Source: the human T2T-CHM13v2.0 reference genome, Homo sapiens
Strand: one strand, 5' to 3'
NCBI RefSeq assembly: GCF_009914755.1
Contig: NC_060944.1
Length of the DNA stretch: 64,000 nt
The notes under the pieces were generated by a model. That model made no database searches. It saw only the letters and a list, made by a program, of their open reading frames with translations, and had not been told where the DNA came from. Positions 24,655 to 41,849 of the stretch are shown in pieces (the stretch's first letter is position 1; each line of letters begins with the position of its first letter). The translations under genes were made by a program, and so were the position numbers.

Positions 24655-25779
24655 AATGCTATTCTTAAATTGTTCGGGAGGATGAATGGTTTGTGAACTC
24701 TCACTGACTTGTATCTTGTGAAATGAGCTATGGCTAAAAAAACTGTTGGATTCTGGAGGCTGCAATCATTCTGTGTTCTGAGGATCATATGGATCTGTGG
24801 CAGAGTAGAGCCAAAGCTCCAGACCAGGATGAGTGGAGAGCACTTGGGAAGTGTTTTCAAGTGGAGCCTAGCACCTTTTTTCTTCTACTTAAAGTTGTAC
24901 ACATTGACTCATTTGAATTTTTATCATAGAATGATAACAAAAGCATCTTGCCCATGGTTTCATAAAAAATGAGTGCTATTGTTAAGACTTGTATCTGATT
25001 AATTTGGCCTCAGATACTGTGGTATTTCCATTTTTCTACATAGATCCTTGCCTTGCATGGCTTATGTAAAACACCTACTTCTCCATTCTCTGCTGTCAGT
25101 TGTAATTCATTGAATCATCTCATTTTGTTGTAGGGAATCAAGTTTTAAGGGACTTGCTTGTGAGTATGATTGCTGAAATCTTCTAACCACCCCCTATCCC
25201 TGCCTTCAGATTACTGTAGATGCAGTATATGGAATCAGGAATCTTAATTTCATGTGAGCTATTGGAGTTTTCCTTGCTATCAGGATGCATAGGGAGGTAT
25301 GAAGAGTGTTCTGGTCAAGATTGCTGAGTGAGTGTATGAAGAGAACTTTCTAATATATAAGAATAATGAGTGAAAATTATTTTAAATATAAGGATATATA
25401 GACAGCTATGGACAAGGGATAGGAAAGAAATCTAAATAATCAGCGGAGACTAAAGCATGCCTTATCCTTGTCAGGAGATTGCATTTGAGCTTCCTGCATG
25501 AAGTTGGGGGCTGGAACTCGGCTCTCCATCTGTGAACTAAAGCTGAAATAAATTTGCCTGACCACAACCAGAAAGTGTCATTTGCCTGTGGCCTAGGGAA
25601 AAAATGGATATACTGGTTCGATAATAGGAACTGAGCTTGGATTGTATTTAAGTATGGTATCTTGAAGGGCAAAAACCCCAAACTCTGAATATAAGACCTG
25701 GTTTAAGTTGTATATCCCAGACTACTGTACTGAGAAAACCATGAAATCATCGACAGTGAGTGTGGTATAGAGGAAAATC

Positions 25780-26570
25780 ATTCAAGAGAAAATGAAATCC
25801 ATGCAAGGAAATCTACTGCCATGAGATAATCAGCAGAATGGGAGAATTCACACTGAAGGAAAAAGAAATAATGAAGCAATCTCAAAAACAATTTAATATA
25901 ATTACAATTTTCAAAAAGATCAAGGAGGAGATAACATTTTTAAAAGGACATCAGATTATTGACATGATTATTAACATATTTGCCCAAAGGCAGATAAAAA
26001 GTTGGGAATCTTGACAATGAAAACTACAACAATTGAAGTTTTAAAAGCCCAATAAATTGGATAAACAGTAAACTAGACAAACTGAAAGGAGAATTTGTGA
26101 ATTGAAAGATAGAAATGAGACTGATCACAACATGCAGAAATACAGTGTTGGAAACCAGGAAGACAACATAGATTGAGGAGGTCTAATACAGTTTTGGTAG
26201 GAATTCTAAAAGAAGATCCTAGAAGTGGTAGAGGAAATAATCACATAATAATCCTGAGAGTTTTTCATTCTTGAGGAAAGACACGAGCCCTCAGATTGAA
26301 GAAGTTTATGAAGTGCCAGATCAACTCCTAGTTACATTACAGTAGAATAGTAGACTGTTAAGGACAAAGGAAACCTTAAAAACTATGGGGAGATTACCCA
26401 TGGAAAATGATAATCTGATAAAAGCTGACTTCTCAGCCACAGTCGATGTTGGAACACTGCAACAACAGTGCTGAGGGAAAGCTGTTGTCAATCCGGTATC
26501 CAACCAAACTATCATTCTAGAGTGGAGGTGAAATAAAGACAGTTTCAGACATACAGGAGCTAATTTATCA
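25780..26570 (+). mobile_element. Ancient L1 ORF1/HAL1-like fragment
   Basis: A-rich decayed ORF1-like sequence (GAGAATTTGTGAATTGAAAGATAG...GAGGAGGTCTAATA...CAGATTGAAG). Confidence 0.55.
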
Positions 26571-28328
26571 AGAATGCCTTTGGATGGAAGTAACAATACC
26601 CAACAAACAGTGGCTAACCAATAAAGACATTAAGAACTAAATAATACATCTGGGGGTGTGAGATTCGAGAAGCCGTTAATTGGCTTGACAATGGTTTGAC
26701 ATCTGGGTAATTCTCGTAGTCTCAAATGGCTGCATTAGTTTCAAGCATCATCCCTCACATGGCAGTAACCAAAGAAAGAAGGGAAGTGGCAGGTGGAAAT
26801 GGGCCTTCTTGTGTGCTTGTCTCCTACCAGGGAAGAAAGTCTTTCCCAGAAACCTTTCAGCAGAATTATCTTCAAATTTCAGTGGCCAGAACTGGGCGAC
26901 ATGTTTGCCACTAGTTCAGTCACTGGCAGAAGGGAATAGGAATTCTGTGAGTGGCTTGGACTACCATGGTATATCTCCTGGGACGAAGCACATCACCACT
27001 GTAACAAATTAGGAAGTTATTTTAGCAAGGAAGAAGGGACACATGCTCAACAGTTGCCTCTCTCTGGCAAAAAGTATTTGGTGTAATATTTAAGGATGAT
27101 TATGCTAGTTTTGCAAGTATGACAGCTTCTAATGGAATGGAAATATTTTTATGTGCTCTGCATAGACTTAAAAAGTTTTATGTTACTTTCACATTGAAAC
27201 AGTTCATGAGCATCTATTTGGCAGTTAGAGTATTGTACTTTGACATAGTAGGTGGCACTGCTATTTTGATTTTTTTTTTCACCAAGACAGTGTGAAGATA
27301 CAGATGTGTTGGGAAATATGAAAGACAGTTTACTCAGTATTATTTCACTGACAGCTGCCCAGGATTCCAATGAAAATGTTATCTGTATAAAGTGATGATG
27401 GTATCTCATTTGACCATCACAAATGAGATACCATCACATCTTGTAAGGTAGTTTGTATTATTGTCATTTTACAGATGAGAAAATTCAGGTACAACAAGGT
27501 TAATAAGGTGTAAATGATAGCTAAATGTAGTGTTGGTAGGACTCAAATCCAGCTTCTTTACTTTCAAAATCTAGTGGATCTGTAGCCTCCAAATTGACTA
27601 GATACACAAACTTTATTTTGATATTAAGCTGTTAAGGGAAGATGGAGTAGGAAGCAAAGAGTGTGTGTGCTGTGTTTACCTGATACTAATATTAAACAGG
27701 CTTAGATTTTAATTAGTTTCCATAATATTTTAAGTATTATTGTAAGTAAGAGGAGCAAGGACAGAAAGATCTTGTGGTACTAGAGTGAATACAATAAAAC
27801 AAAGACTGCCACTTCCATATTGTACCCCAGTATAGATGGGGAGACAACGTAAGCTTTGTTTTCAGACACACCCGGGTTCAAATCCTGGACTGATAACACA
27901 ACTGGTTTCAAATCCTGGACTGATAACTTATGTGACCTTGGGCAAATCATAAACCCCTTTGAACCTTTTTACATTTACCTGTAAAATAGGGATAGTCATC
28001 TCATCTTCATTTTTTGTAGGAATGAATTGAGATGGTGTACAGTCTCTAGCAGATAGCAGGCATGCAGTGCATGGCAGCTACTATATTACCATCTCATAAG
28101 AATACATTCATTACAGTTTTGAATGTGAAGCTTTCAAGATGCCATTTTGTTGTAGTTCTCTTGACAGTTTTTTCCCCAAAAGTATTTTAGCTATCTTAGT
28201 TTTGCAAGTGTATATGTATTAGGCACTTAGGGATATATGTTAGAACTATCAGTTGCTTGTGTTTTACCACTTCTTATATCTTGGCTTGCTTTGACTTTAT
28301 AAATGTTCTTCTTCTCCCAAATGTATAG

Positions 28329-28457
28329 GTCCTATGGCAGCGTATACAAAGCTATTCATAAAGAGACCGGCCAGATTGTTGCTATTAAGCAAGTTCCTGT
28401 GGAATCAGACCTCCAGGAGATAATCAAAGAAATCTCTATAATGCAGCAATGTGACAG
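28329..28457 (+). CDS. STK4: STK4 exon 3 (SYGSVYKAIHKETGQIVAIKQVPVESDLQEIIKEISIMQQCDS; VAIK K59)
   Basis: TATAG| acceptor, AG|GTAAAG donor; 129 nt. Confidence 0.98.
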
Positions 28458-28637
28458 GTAAAGGCATGTGGGCTTCCTTTGGGGAGAATGTGGTTTTGAA
28501 TTAGCTATGATTGTGTAGAGTTTGATACCTAGAGACACATTTACTTAGATATTTTGCAGAAGGGAGAATTCGATGGAATCACTGTGCATTTTCTTTTCAG
28601 AAAAAAATATGATGATAATGGTTGTTTTTGTAGCTAA

Positions 28638-28989
<352 letters not shown>

Positions 28990-30554
28990 TTTTTCTTTTC
29001 TTCAGTGAGCCCTTTTAGAAACTAGGAAGAAGAGGCAGAAGGTGGTGCTTGCTTTTTTTTGTGTGTGTGATAATGATCTTTTTTACTTCCTATTGAGAAA
29101 ACATTTCTGCAGAGATAGCCAAGAACAGATAATTCAAATGTTTTTTAGTTCTAGAAACCTTAGAATATCAGGTAAATCTATAAAAAAAGAGTAGTTATGT
29201 ATATACTACTGTTTGTTCCTTCACATTAAAAAAAATTATTCTAGCTGAGAGTACCTACGTATTTATTTTTGAGGAACTAAGATTTGTCAAATGTTGTAAG
29301 CAGGAAGTCAGACCAAAAGACAACCACAGAAAACCACGTGGTTTGCTCTGAAATTCCATGACAACATGGGTTGGTCACTGATAGAGCAGGCTTCCCCAGC
29401 ACTATTTAGATTAGAGACAAACACAAAGTTAGGGGCAATGCCAGCTCTAGGGAGCTGAAGATGGGTGAGAAATTCTCTCAGTTGAAGCTGCATTCATTCT
29501 TCTGAAGGCTTTTTGGTCAGCAGATCAACTTAGTACCTGCTGTTTGCAAAACTTCTACATTAGGGTTTAGGTGGGGCTACCTACCAAAAAATTAGTCCAG
29601 AAGCCTTTCAGTCTCACAGACTTGGGAATGTAGTCCTTTCTTTTTTCTCTCCCTTCTTTTTTTTTCCCTTCTATTTTTGTGATTACTGTCTACTAGATAA
29701 AATCCCCATTTTTCTTGATTGGATTGACCAGATGAAGGTGGCAGTTTTCCATTTGCTCCTTTTTCAGATACATTTTGGAAGTTCTTTCCATTTGGCAAAT
29801 TGGGACTTTGTCACTTTCGATAGACTGTGCGGGAGCTGTGTTCCAAACAGAGTATGGAAATGTCTTTAATTAAAGAAGAGATATTTTCAAGCGTCTACTC
29901 TGTGCTAAGCACTGTAAGGAATACAGTGAAATACAGAGCAGAGTCCTTGTGCTTTGGGAGTTTATAGACTAATTGGACAGGCTAAGTATATATATATGTA
30001 GAGGAGAATCTAGCCAACAGTGCAAGTCTATAGAGAACATATTCCAGTAGTAAATACTTGATAGTAATGGCCTACAGTATTTAACTCCTGTCAGTACTGT
30101 ATTACAGGGAGAGTAAATGTGTTGATATTTACCTTAGACACTTTTTTCATTAATATTTAATGTGTGTGTCTGTTTTGCTGTCCTTGTCACTGGCATGTTT
30201 CCTAAGGTTTGAAGAGGAAATTCTAAGAGTTCTGAGTTAATGAAGCCAATTTGGTTTTAACATCAGTTGTTAGGAAACTTCATTTGGCCATGATAACAAT
30301 CTAGCCAGTTAAAGCTGGCAGCTCTCAGAGGGCACATTATTTTATTTTAATAGGATATTTGATTTTTCTCTGAATTTCTTGTTTGGTATCTCTCTTCCAG
30401 CTTGAGACCTAAAATTCCAGGTTTGATCCTGAACATTTTTTCTTTATAATAGATTGTAGTGTGTGTATGTTTTTATTACAAAGTACATATGACTTCTTAG
30501 AAAAATTCAAATGAAAAGAAAAGAAAATCACTTTTCCCTTTGGAGAAATCATCA

Positions 30555-30853
30555 TTTTTTCTTTTTTTTGAGACGGAGTCTCCTCACTCTGTTGCCCAGG
30601 CTGGAGTGCAGTGGCGCGATCTCGACTCACTGCAAGCTCCGGCTCCTGGGTTCATGCCATTCTCCTGCCTCAGCCTCCTGAGTAGTTGGGACTACAGGGC
30701 CTGCCACCACGCCAGGCTAATTTTTTTGTATTTTTAGTAGAGACGGGGTTTCACCATGTTAGCCAGGATGGTCTCGATCTCCTGACCTCGGGATCCGCCC
30801 GCCTCGGCCTCCCAAAGTGCTGGGATTACAGATGTGAGCCACTGCGCCTGGCT
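30555..30853 (-). mobile_element. AluY-like
   Basis: TSD GAAATCATCATT. Confidence 0.95.
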
Positions 30854-30935
30854 GAAATCATCATTCTTAAACACTGCTTGATACACATATTCTTCCAAAT
30901 CACTTTGGAGTTTTACAGTAATTCCTGTTTTGTAG

Positions 30936-31391
<456 letters not shown>

Positions 31392-31714
31392 TGATATCTA
31401 AATTTCCACTTTTGTCAATAGTGCTATGATGGTAACTGTTACTTTTTGAACATTTATAATTCTTTTTTGAGGATAAATTGTAGACATAGAAATGCTGGTT
31501 AAAGAACTCACCAAGTTTTTTATACTTTTGTGATTTATTACCCTCCAGAAAAGCTATACCATTTTGCATTCTTATCAGGAGGTTGTCCATTTTATCCTTA
31601 ACTATGAATAATTGATCTTTCCAGATGAGGAATTAATTTGTATATACTTGCTAGCATGAATTAAGAGATATTTGAAGGCCATTTTATTAATTTGTATTGT
31701 CTCTCTCTCTCTAG

Positions 31715-31829
31715 CCCTCATGTAGTCAAATATTATGGCAGTTATTTTAAGAACACAGACTTATGGATCGTTATGGAGTACTGTGGGGCTGGTTCTGTAT
31801 CTGATATCATTCGATTACGAAATAAAACG
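31715..31829 (+). CDS. STK4: STK4 exon 4 (PHVVKYYGSYFKNTDLWIVMEYCGAGSVSDIIRLRNKT)
   Basis: (CT)n-CTAG| acceptor, ACG|GTAGG donor; 115 nt. Confidence 0.98.
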
Positions 31830-31995
31830 GTAGGTTTACCTTCTAGAACATGCAACTGAGCTAGTTTCTTATGCCATCTTCTTTTCTCTGCCTCTTTTTC
31901 AGGGCATTCTCCTACTAGAGAGACGACTGTCAGATTTCCCCTTTTCCATGGTTATTTTCCATCTTTATTCTTTTATGTCTCCTAAGTGTGACAGC

Positions 31996-32319
31996 TTTTT
32001 TTTTTTTTTTTTTCAAGAGACCAGAGTCCCCTGTCACCCAGGCTGGAGTGTAGTGGCACAGTCATAGCTCACTACAGTCATAGCTCTACCTCCTGGGCTT
32101 CAGTGATCCTCTCACTTCAGGCTCCTGAGTAGCTGGGACTACAGGCGTGTACCACCATGCCCAGCTAATGTTTTGTTTTGTTTTTTAATTTTTTTTTTTT
32201 GTGGAGATGGGGTCTCACTGTGTTGCCCAGGCTGGTTTCGAACTCCTGGCCTCAAGCAATTTTCCCACCTCGGCCTCCCAAAGTGCTGGGATTACAAGTA
32301 TGACCCCCCCATGCCTGGC
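31996..32319 (-). mobile_element. AluJ
   Basis: Alu consensus; TGTG(A/G)CAG flanks. Confidence 0.92.
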
Positions 32320-32614
32320 AATGTGGCAGTTTTGACACCAATTTAGTCCAGTGATTTTTAGCATGCTTTGGTTATTTCTTACTGGGAAGAAAATGACTGT
32401 TAGATCTTAGTTATAGAATGAATTTTAAATGTTTAAATTTGGATTTGGATTTGGGTTTCTGCTTCTACCTAGCGTGTTCACAAATTAAATTCCTGTATTT
32501 CCTGTTAATCAGAGAATAATCCCCTTATGAAAGATTATTTGCTGATACTGTGGTTGCAGTATAAGACCTAGGAGTCATGGGTTCTAGTTCTGGTTCAGTT
32601 ACTTAATGTCTTTA

Positions 32615-33205
32615 TGTATTCATTCAGTAAATATTTCTTGAACACTGTTTTAGGCCTGAAGGATCTAATAGTAAATAAAACAGATGACAACTCTGCTGTC
32701 ATGGTAGTGTACTTCGGAATAGGGCAACAAAAGCAAATTAATAGTAACTATTAATAGAAAAGATATAATAATGATATATACTATGAGGAAAATGAATGAG
32801 GATGAAGTGATGGTAAAGTTGTGGAGACTGGTGGGCTATTTTAGAGTAGATAGTTGAGGAAGGTCACTCAGAAGTGGTGACGTTTACAGGAAGACTCAAA
32901 TGACGAAAAGGAGCTAAGAGTCCTGAAGGAACATTGTAGGTGGGCAGTAACCAGTGCAAAGACCTTGAGGCTGGAATGAGTTTGGCATGTCTGAGTGATA
33001 GAAGGGCTACCATGACTAGAAGGGAATAGGCAAAGGAGAAGCTGTAGGAGATGAGGTTTGACAGGTGGGCAGGGCTAGATTGTATTGGATATTGCAGGTC
33101 ATGGGAATGAGTTTGAATTTTATCCCAGGTATTATAGGAAACCATTGCTGGATTCTAAGCAAGTGAGCGAGCCATCTGATGTATGTTTTAGAAAGATAAC
33201 TCTGG
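32615..33205 (-). mobile_element. L2 fragment
   Basis: ATTCATTCAGTAAATATTTCTTGA...CAGTGCAAAGACCTTGAGGCTGGAATGAG. Confidence 0.65.
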
Positions 33206-33520
33206 GGCTGGGTGTGGTACCTCATGCCTGTAATCCCAGCACTTGGGGAGGCTGAGGCGGAGGATTGCTTCAGTCCAGGAGTTCGAGGCCAGCCTGGGCA
33301 ACATAGCGAGACCTCGTCTCTACGAAAGAAAAAAGAAAAACAAAATTAGTCAAGTGTGGTGTCATGCGCCTGTAGTCCCAGCTAACTTTTGGGGTGTGAT
33401 GGGGGTTGAAGTGGGAGGATTGCTTGAGCCCAGGAGGTTAAGGCTGCTGTAAGCTGTGATTGCGCCACTGCACTGCAGCCTGGGCAGCAGAGCAAGACTC
33501 TGTTTCAAAAAATAAAAAAG
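33206..33520 (+). mobile_element. AluJ
   Basis: TSD AAAGATAACTCTG. Confidence 0.93.
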
Positions 33521-34052
33521 ATAACTCTGACTTCTGGGTAGATTGTGGGTGGATAAGTGGAGAAGCAGAGAAAATCTTAGCCTGTGGTTTTTTTGTCTTA
33601 ATAAGAAAAATAAGAATAATAATATCTGTATTCCATATTTGCAAAGTTGGGAAAATTAATTTAAATATGTAAAAGTACTTTGTAAATTGTGAGGTGCTAC
33701 ACAAATTATAAGGTGAGGGTGTTTTAAAACTGAGTTATAACTTTTGGATTATTCATATACTATCTTCTTAATTTACATTATTCAGAATTAGTGTGTTTGC
33801 TTAATCGAATAGCAAGTTCTTTAGGAATAATATCCTAACATAAGATATATGTAAAGAAGTTCCAAAACTGGAATAATTTATTGAATTAAACATTGGATTT
33901 CAGGGCTTCTTATATGCAGCATTAAGTCAATTTATTTCAGGTATTTTAAACTAGTCCAAAATTAATTTTGATGGCACTTTTGGTTTTTTTTTTGCCATTG
34001 TAATAGTAGGTTATTATATTTAAGTAAATTTTAACTTAATTACTAAGTGCTG

Positions 34053-34389
34053 GTTTTTTGTTGTTGTCGTTGTTTTTTTTTTTTTTTTTTTTTTTTTGAG
34101 ACAGAGTCTCCTCGCTCTGTTGCCCAGGCTGGAGTGCAGTGGTGTGATCTCGGCTCAGTGCAAGCTCCGCCTCCCAGGTTCATGCCATTTTCCTGCCTTA
34201 GCCTCCCTGGTAGCTGTACTCCCTAGTACAGGCGCCCGCCACCACGCCTGGCTAATTTGTTATGTATTTTTAGTAGAGACGTGGTTTCACCGTGTTAGCC
34301 AGGATGGTCTCGATTTCCTGACCTCGCAATCTGCCTGCCTCGGCCTCCCAAAGTGCTGGGATTACAGGCGTGAGCCACCGTTCCCGGCC
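34053..34389 (-). mobile_element. AluY-like
   Basis: TSD CTAAGTGCTG. Confidence 0.94.
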
Positions 34390-34439
34390 TAAGTGCTGAT
34401 TTTTAATTACTACACGTTATTTTGCCAAATGTTATAACT

Positions 34440-34912
34440 CTGCCCTGTCCACCGTGATATCCACTAGCCGCATGTGGTTATTAAGGACTTAAAATGTGGC
34501 TAGTCTGAACTGAGATATGCTGTAAATATAAATTATACACCAGAGTTTGAAGAATTATTGCCATAAAAATTGTAAACAAAAATCTTTGATTTTTTCATAT
34601 TGATGACATGGTGGAGTGATAATATTTTGGATAAATATGGTTAAGTAAAGCAGATTATCAAAATTAATTCTTTCTTTTTTTTTTTCAAAGATAGAGTCTT
34701 GCTCTGTTGCCCAGGCTAGAGTGCAGTGGTGTGATCATAGGTCACTGTATGTTGGAACTACTGGGCTCAAGTGATCCTCCTGCCTCAGCCTCCTGAGTAG
34801 CTGGGATTACAGCACCAGCCACTGCGTCTGCTTGTTTCCTTTTTCAATGTGGCTACTAGAAAATTAAAAATTATATTTGTGGTTCCCATTATATTTCTAT
34901 TAGGCAGTGCTA
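34440..34912. mobile_element. MER33-like DNA transposon interrupted by an Alu right-arm fragment (34668-34832)
   Basis: CCACTAGCCGCATGTGG...AATGTGGCTAGTCTGAACTGAGATATGCTG...AATGTGGCTACTAGAAAATT. Confidence 0.65.
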
Positions 34913-35228
34913 CTTCAACTGATTAACTTAACTGGTTAGAATAAAGAGGTGGTAAGTCAAGTCATGAGCTTTGTTCTCTTCCACTATAGAAGGTACCCCA
35001 GACTCTAGCCTACTACCTTGCCAGTAGTGTTTGCCTGGACTTTAGTGAAAGCTTTATCATTTCTCTCTGACTTTTGGCATAAATGACTTAACTTGTCTGT
35101 GCCCTCAGCTTCATTATGTATAAAATGATGATGATAATAATAGTTCCTCTACCTCATTTAGTTGTTATAAGGATGAAATGAGATTACATAGTGCTTAGCA
35201 TGGATTAAACACTTAGTAACGGTTAGCC

Positions 35229-35530
35229 TTTATTTATTTATTTATTTATTTTTGAGACAGAGTCTGGCTGTGTCACTCAGGCTGGAGTGCACACAATCTC
35301 AGCTCACTGCAATCTCCGCCTCCCGGGTTCAAGTGATTCTCCTGCTTCAGCCTCCTGAGTAGCTGGATTACAGGTGCCTGCCACCACACCCAGCTAATTT
35401 TTGTATTTTTAGTAGAGACAGGGTTTTGCCATGTTGGCCAGGCTGGTCTTGAACTCCTGGCCTCAAGTGATCTGTCCGCCTCAGCCTCCCAAAGTGCTGA
35501 GATTACAGGCATGTGCCACTGTGCTTGACT
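35229..35530 (-). mobile_element. AluS with (TTTA)n tail
   Basis: Alu consensus. Confidence 0.93.
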
Positions 35531-35929
35531 TTTTTTCATATTATTAGCATAGTACCTGGTGCTTATTAAATATTGATTGATAATATCAAAGGTGTTAAAT
35601 TATGACATATTAATTGATTTTCATGACACTCTTAAAAGTTATATTCCTATTTTATAGATTGGGAAACAGGCTAAGAGAATAAGAGAAGGTCAGTAACTTG
35701 CTTAAGTCACATGAAAGTAGAGCCAAGAGTAAAAGCTACGTCTTCCTAGTCCCAAATCCTACAGTTTTTGCACCAGAGCACACTCCATTTCACATCTGAG
35801 TTGTTTGTCAGAAGGGGAACTATGTAACAGTTTGTTGATAGATTGAGTTTGTTTAGGACTGGTGTTGGGTCTGCAGAAAGTCTATATTGGCCAGATCAGA
35901 TATTCTATACTAGTTTCTAGCATTCTCAC

Positions 35930-36920
35930 TTTCAACAGATATTTTTTTCAGTGCCTACTGTGTGCCAGGTGGCTTTATTGGTATTAGGGAAACAAAAGTA
36001 AACAAATCAGACATTTTTAGGAGCTTGTGTTTCTAACAGGGATGATATCACATACATAGATAAATAATGGGTAATATGTCAGATGGTAGTATACTGCAGT
36101 GACAAGGTAATTTAAGGGAATAGAGTATGAGCTAGAAATGGAGTAAGAAAGCCCTCTCCATTTTCTGAGGAGGTGATATTTGGGCAGATTACAAACTGAG
36201 GAAGCATACTGGATAGACATCAGGATGAAGAGAATAGGCAGTTGAAAAGTCCCAGAAAGGGGAGTGTGCTTAGAGTGTTTGAGGAACAGCAAGGAAGCAA
36301 GCCCTTGTTGAAACAGATTGAGCAAGGTAGAAAGTGGTAAAAGATGAAGTTAAAGAGGTAGCTGAGAGCCAGATCATGTAAAGCCTTGGTAAGGACTGAC
36401 TTTTATTTTAAGTGGGTTAGGAAGACATTGGTAGGTTTTGACTCTGGCTTACATTTTAATTATAGCTTCTGTGTGGAAAATACATTGTAGAGTGTCAAGA
36501 GCAGAAGCAAAGAAGCCAGTCGGGAGATTATGAGAATAGTGCAGTCAGGACACGATGGTGACTTGGACCATGGTGATTACAGAGGGTGTATTTGGATATA
36601 CAGTGTTTTGAAGATAGAGAAAAGTCAAGGATGACTTCAAGGTTTTTGACCAGAACAACTGAAAGAATAAAGTTTCCTTTTACTGAGAGAGGGAGGACTG
36701 TGGGAGAAGTGGAGTAGGTTGGAAGGATCAGAGGGAGAGGGGTAAGGTGATAGACATAGAGTTTGATTTTGACATGTTATGCTTATGATGCTGGCTAGGT
36801 ATTCTAGTTGGAGATACATAAATCTGATTGAGGGGAGATCTGGTATGGAAATATAGCCTTGGGAGTGGTCAGTGTATCTATGGTATAAGCAGTCAAATGC
36901 TGTTCACAGGTTGAATAAGA
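35930..36920 (-). mobile_element. L2 fragment
   Basis: GTGCCTACTGTGTGCCAGG...GAGGAACAGCAAGGAAG...GTCAAGGATGACTTCAAGGTTTTTG. Confidence 0.7.
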
Positions 36921-37019
36921 TCTGTTTATATTAAAGAAAGGTTTGGATCTGATTTTTTCTCCTTTTTCTAATGCGCTGATGTAAACTGATAGAATTTGAA
37001 CTTCTTATTCTTTTTTCAG

Positions 37020-37184
37020 TTAACAGAAGATGAAATAGCTACAATATTACAATCAACTCTTAAGGGACTTGAATACCTTCATTTTATGAGAAAAATACAC
37101 CGAGATATCAAGGCAGGAAATATTTTGCTAAATACAGAAGGACATGCAAAACTTGCAGATTTTGGGGTAGCAGGTCAACTTACA
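37020..37184 (+). CDS. STK4: STK4 exon 5 ([55 protein letters not shown]; HRD and DFG)
   Basis: TTTTCAG| acceptor, ACA|GTAAGT donor; 165 nt. Confidence 0.98.
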
Positions 37185-38065
37185 GTAAGTAAAAATATTA
37201 CTTGTATTGATAATTTTCATTTCTGTCCTGAGAAGCAGTTCCTTTTATTTACCTATTTTTAAAATATAATACTTGACTTAATTGTATTAGTAAAAAATCA
37301 CAGAATCTGCCAATAGGTTACAAAAGAGCTAGTTAGTGGGTTATTTTAGATCTTTTCCTGGGGTTCAGGTCACATAGCTTAACTTTGTTCAACTTTTATA
37401 AAGATGAAAAGTAAAGCAAGAAATGATAGATTACTCTAGTGCACTACATCAACATATTTATAAAAGGAAGAAAAATTAAGAGGAAGAAAAATTAAGTCCA
37501 AACTGCTTTCCTTGACTAAGACATAACATCATCTCATTCAACTTCCAGGTAGTACTTGGCAGTTACTGTACTGAAAACACTCTGTTCGTTTGAGTCCAGG
37601 ATACAGTCTCTTGATTCTTCTCCTGCCTAACTAGTGCATGGAAGTGAAAAAAGAAAAAAAAAAACTTGTTTTCAAAATAGGAAGTCTAGAATTATTTGAT
37701 TCTACATAAGTATATATGAAAGTATATATAGAAAAATAGAAATAGTTTTAGGCAGGTATACTCTAAAATTTGCAAAAATATTACATATCAAGTGGTTTTC
37801 TTGGGTGGTAGAATGAATATATATAGTGTGTGTTTAGAACTGGTGTTATGTACGGTTTTTTTTTTATTATTTTTTTTTTATTATAAGTCTGCCTGGGACA
37901 TGTTAGGGAGCCTCAGGTATTGTAACAGCACAGAAATTGCTTTGATGTTTAAAATAAATCAGAACCTTATTCAGTATCATGATTTGTGGGCTCTCCAAAA
38001 GGTTTTGTTGTTAACACAAAAGTAAACAGTACCAGACAATATTACCTAAACCACAGTCTTAGTCA

Positions 38066-40285
<2,220 letters not shown>

Positions 40286-41506
40286 TTTTTTTTTTAAATT
40301 AACTGTGAACATGTATGTTGTTTTGTTAAAAAAAATGAGATTTTTTTTCCTTCACTAAAATAAACTGAAACTGTAGTACAAGATGATCTGACTTGGCTGT
40401 TTGGTTGTGAAACCTCCAGTACTACTAAGTTTAGGCCCCTCTCCGGTCTCTTGTCTAGAGGCTGTAGGCCTTGTTGGCAGCTTTCTGGGAAGTGGTGGTG
40501 GTGGTGGCAGTGGGGATTGTTAACATGTTAATGCTCATTTAATGTTCCTGATTCACAACACCACCCACACTCTCTATAGTCTAGAGATCCTCGGTTTCAC
40601 TCCCCAGAGAGTACACCTCCAGTCTAATGCCAGGGTGGGGCGAGGGAAGCCCACTAGTTGCTTGATGGGAGAGGAAGGTTTAGGGTGCTTAGCTGCTTCT
40701 TAACTCTTTCAACCCAGGCTTCCTATTTGGATGTCCGTTTTCACCCCTCTTTTCTCTGCCTGATGCCACCAATTTCTAAGTCTTTTGGAGGGGTTGGTGT
40801 TAAAATCAGGTTGTTTCCTAGTTTTCCTGGCGACTGACTGAGGATTCCATCTGATAGTCTGTTCAGTTAGTTACTATTGGGCCATCTGCTCTCCAGCTTT
40901 TAAAATTCTGTGGCTGTAGTTATTTTCCCCTTTGTTTTTTTATTCTTGTAGATTTATTCTTAAAAAACAATCCTTTTAGTATCTTTTTGAGTGAGTTTTG
41001 AGAGATAGTGAAAGTAAAATGTATTTGCTCAAGCTGTCATCTTTACCCAAGACTCTGTAATATTATTTCTGGTGGCAACATGGGTATTTCATTGTATGGA
41101 TATAGCATGATTTATTTAACTCTTTCCCTACAGTTGGATGTTGGGTGCCCATTAAGGTTGCTTAGAGTTTTCCCACCACTATAAACATAAACTCTGTGAT
41201 TAACATTCTTGCAACTAAATTTTTCAGCATTTCCTTGAGTAAATCCTTAGGATAATTTATTTACATTGGAATCTAGGTCAGAAAGTATGTGAATGTATAT
41301 TGGCAAAGTGCTTTTGATGCATAGTGCTGAATTTCTTCTAGAAGTGAACAGTTTCAGTTTCCAACTTCAGTATATAAATGTGCTCTTTTCCCCTCATATT
41401 TGCTAATGCTGAATGGGCAGCAACTTGTATCTTCCCTGCTATTTCTCAAAGCAGTTGACATATTTTTGCATTTAATTATTGGCCATTTATAAAAATTCGT
41501 TTGTAA

Positions 41507-41849
<343 letters not shown>

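Noticed and set aside
27874-27928. 30-bp-period duplication TTCAAATCCTGGACTGATAAC
   Set aside because: Simple slippage duplication inside a MIR, like other short duplications at about 1020, 17855, 21397, 37465 and 63710.
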